Positions 62,702 to 64,000 of a stretch of 64,000 nt of DNA are shown here, one piece after another. Under the pieces are notes generated by a model. It did not search any database. It was not told where the DNA came from and saw only the letters and a program-made list of their open reading frames with translations. Origin of the DNA: Thermoplasmata archaeon (GTDB taxonomy: Archaea > Thermoplasmatota > Thermoplasmata > Lutacidiplasmatales > UBA184); the NCBI GenBank assembly GCA_022750435.1, contig JAKIVS010000010.1, forward strand, positions 3,912 through 67,911, in the 5' to 3' direction. Position numbers and translations under genes: made by a program. The number at the start of each line of letters is the position of its first letter. Within the stretch, counting starts at the first letter, position 1.

Positions 62702-63880
62702 ATGGCGGCGAAGCGCGGAGTCAGCGAGGCGAGCGTCAAGGGCCGACGCGTCCTCGTTCGGGTCGATTTCAACGTCCCCCAGAGTCCGGACGGCTCGGTG
62801 GCCGACGACCGCCGCATCGTCGAGGCGCTCCCGACGTTGAAGCATCTCGAGGCGGCCGGGGCGAAGACGGTCCTCCTCTCACACTTGGGCCGTCCCGACG
62901 GTCGGCGGGACCCGAAGTTCTCGCTCCGTCCCGTCGTCCATCGATTGAGCGCCCTCCTGGGACAACCGGTCCCGCTCGCGGACGACATCGTCGGCATCCA
63001 CGCGATCGAGGGTGTCACGCGACTCGCGAACGGCGGGTTCCTGATGCTCGAAAACCTCCGGTTCCACCCCGGGGAGGAGACGAATGATCCGGCGTTCGCC
63101 GCGCAGCTCTCCCGACTCGGCGACCTGTTCGTGGAGGAGGCGTTCGGCGCCGTCCACCGCGCGCACGCCTCGACCGTCGGAGTTCCGAAGCGACTTCCCT
63201 CGTACGCCGGCTTCCTCGTCCAGAAGGAGATCCGGGCCCTCAGCCCCCTCGTGCAGGGCGCCGAGAAGCCGTACGTCGCCCTCCTCGGTGGGGCGAAGGT
63301 GTCGGACAAGCTTCCGTTGCTGGCCAGTTTCCTCGGCCGCGTCGACACCCTGTTGATCGGCGGCGCTCTCGCCTTCCCGTTCCTCGCCGCGGATGGTGCC
63401 CATCTCGGTGCGACCAAGGTCGAGCCGGACCTCGGGCCGGTCGTGCAGGAATTCCGCGAGGCGGCCGCGGCCGCCGGAACGGCGCTCCGATTCCCGACCG
63501 ACCTCGTCTACGAACCCGCGGGCGGGGACGTTGCCACGTCCACCGGAACGGACCTCCCGGACGGCGCCCGGGCGTTCGACATCGGTCCGGCGACCCGAGC
63601 GGCGTTCCTCTCCGCCCTCGCGGGCTCCAAGACCGTGTTTTGGAACGGGCCGCTCGGACTCGCGGAGGATCCCCGCTTCTCGGCCGGTACCCGAGAAGTG
63701 CTGGCGGGCCTTTCCGGAATTCCCGGATTCCACGTCTCGGCGGGTGGGGACTCCGCCCGCGTCGCCGAGAACCTCGGGGTGACCGGAGCGTTCCAGTTCA
63801 TCTCGACGGGCGGGGGCGCGGCGCTCGAGTTCGTGCAGGGCGCCGAACTCCCCGGGCTCGCGGTCCTGCCCGACGCCTGA
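62702..63880 (+). CDS. pgk: Phosphoglycerate kinase
   Basis: Motifs RVDFNVP, SHLGRP, LENLRF, AFGAVHRAHAS, GGAKVSDK, WNGPLG, GGDS and STGGGA.LE. Confidence 0.98.
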   Translation: MAAKRGVSEASVKGRRVLVRVDFNVPQSPDGSVADDRRIVEALPTLKHLEAAGAKTVLLSHLGRPDGRRDPKFSLRPVVHRLSALLGQPVPLADDIVGIHAIEGVTRLANGGFLMLENLRFHPGEETNDPAFAAQLSRLGDLFVEEAFGAVHRAHASTVGVPKRLPSYAGFLVQKEIRALSPLVQGAEKPYVALLGGAKVSDKLPLLASFLGRVDTLLIGGALAFPFLAADGAHLGATKVEPDLGPVVQEFREAAAAAGTALRFPTDLVYEPAGGDVATSTGTDLPDGARAFDIGPATRAAFLSALAGSKTVFWNGPLGLAEDPRFSAGTREVLAGLSGIPGFHVSAGGDSARVAENLGVTGAFQFISTGGGAALEFVQGAELPGLAVLPDA

Positions 63881-64000
63881 CGGGCCGGGCGCCGCCGCCG
63901 AGCGGCGGGGGCGGAGAATCGGCGTCGAGCGTCTCGGCCAGGTAGGCGAGGTAGGGCGGGTGGACGCGGGGGACGTCGAGCTCGACCATCTCTGGGACGT
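63798..64000 (-). CDS. cutA: Probable CutA divalent-cation tolerance protein (C-terminal part; begins outside the window)
   Basis: The frame is open to the window edge. VPEMVELDVPRVHPPYLAYLAET resembles the CutA C-terminus (Y.VPE...YL.WL). Confidence 0.55.
   Translation of the reverse strand, partial: VPEMVELDVPRVHPPYLAYLAETLDADSPPPPLGGGARPVRRRAGPRARGVRRPARTRAPRPRPSR

Noticed and set aside
1-64000. CRISPR array, rRNA, IS element or provirus
   Set aside because: I saw no regularly spaced short repeats, rRNA-like tracts, or transposase, integrase or capsid motifs.

Overview
This is a very GC-rich, densely packed archaeal chromosome segment. The archaeal markers are PolB, rps8e, SRP19, a GPN GTPase, XPD, a SAMP/MoaD protein, an archaeal tRNA-Pro and BRE/TATA-like promoters. 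Gene content suggests a high-GC Thermoplasmata lineage, which is my inference and not a database result. About 1-31 kb and 55-64 kb are housekeeping and metabolic genes: polB, purM, pyrC, 2-oxoacid:ferredoxin oxidoreductase, ADP-forming acyl-CoA synthetase, moaDE, rnhB, rlmE, mdh, panE and pgk. Two of them look like pseudoenzymes (a DHDPS-like and an endonuclease IV-like protein). The most striking part is about 32-55 kb, a respiratory and cell-surface supercluster with no cytochrome c. It contains the run tatA-tatC-tatB-Rieske-cytochrome b-small membrane proteins-coxA-ctaA-ctaB and a membrane-anchored blue-copper protein. A coxB gene is split into two overlapping ORFs. Two tandem ~1900-aa Cys-rich repeat surface proteins have homogenised C-termini and a shared promoter motif. 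A two-domain cupredoxin has one degenerate copper site, and a heptose-biosynthesis/CBS-ParB operon follows. I saw no CRISPR array, rRNA, integrase or transposase. All calls come from motif recognition by eye, and many start codons were trimmed manually from the ORF track.
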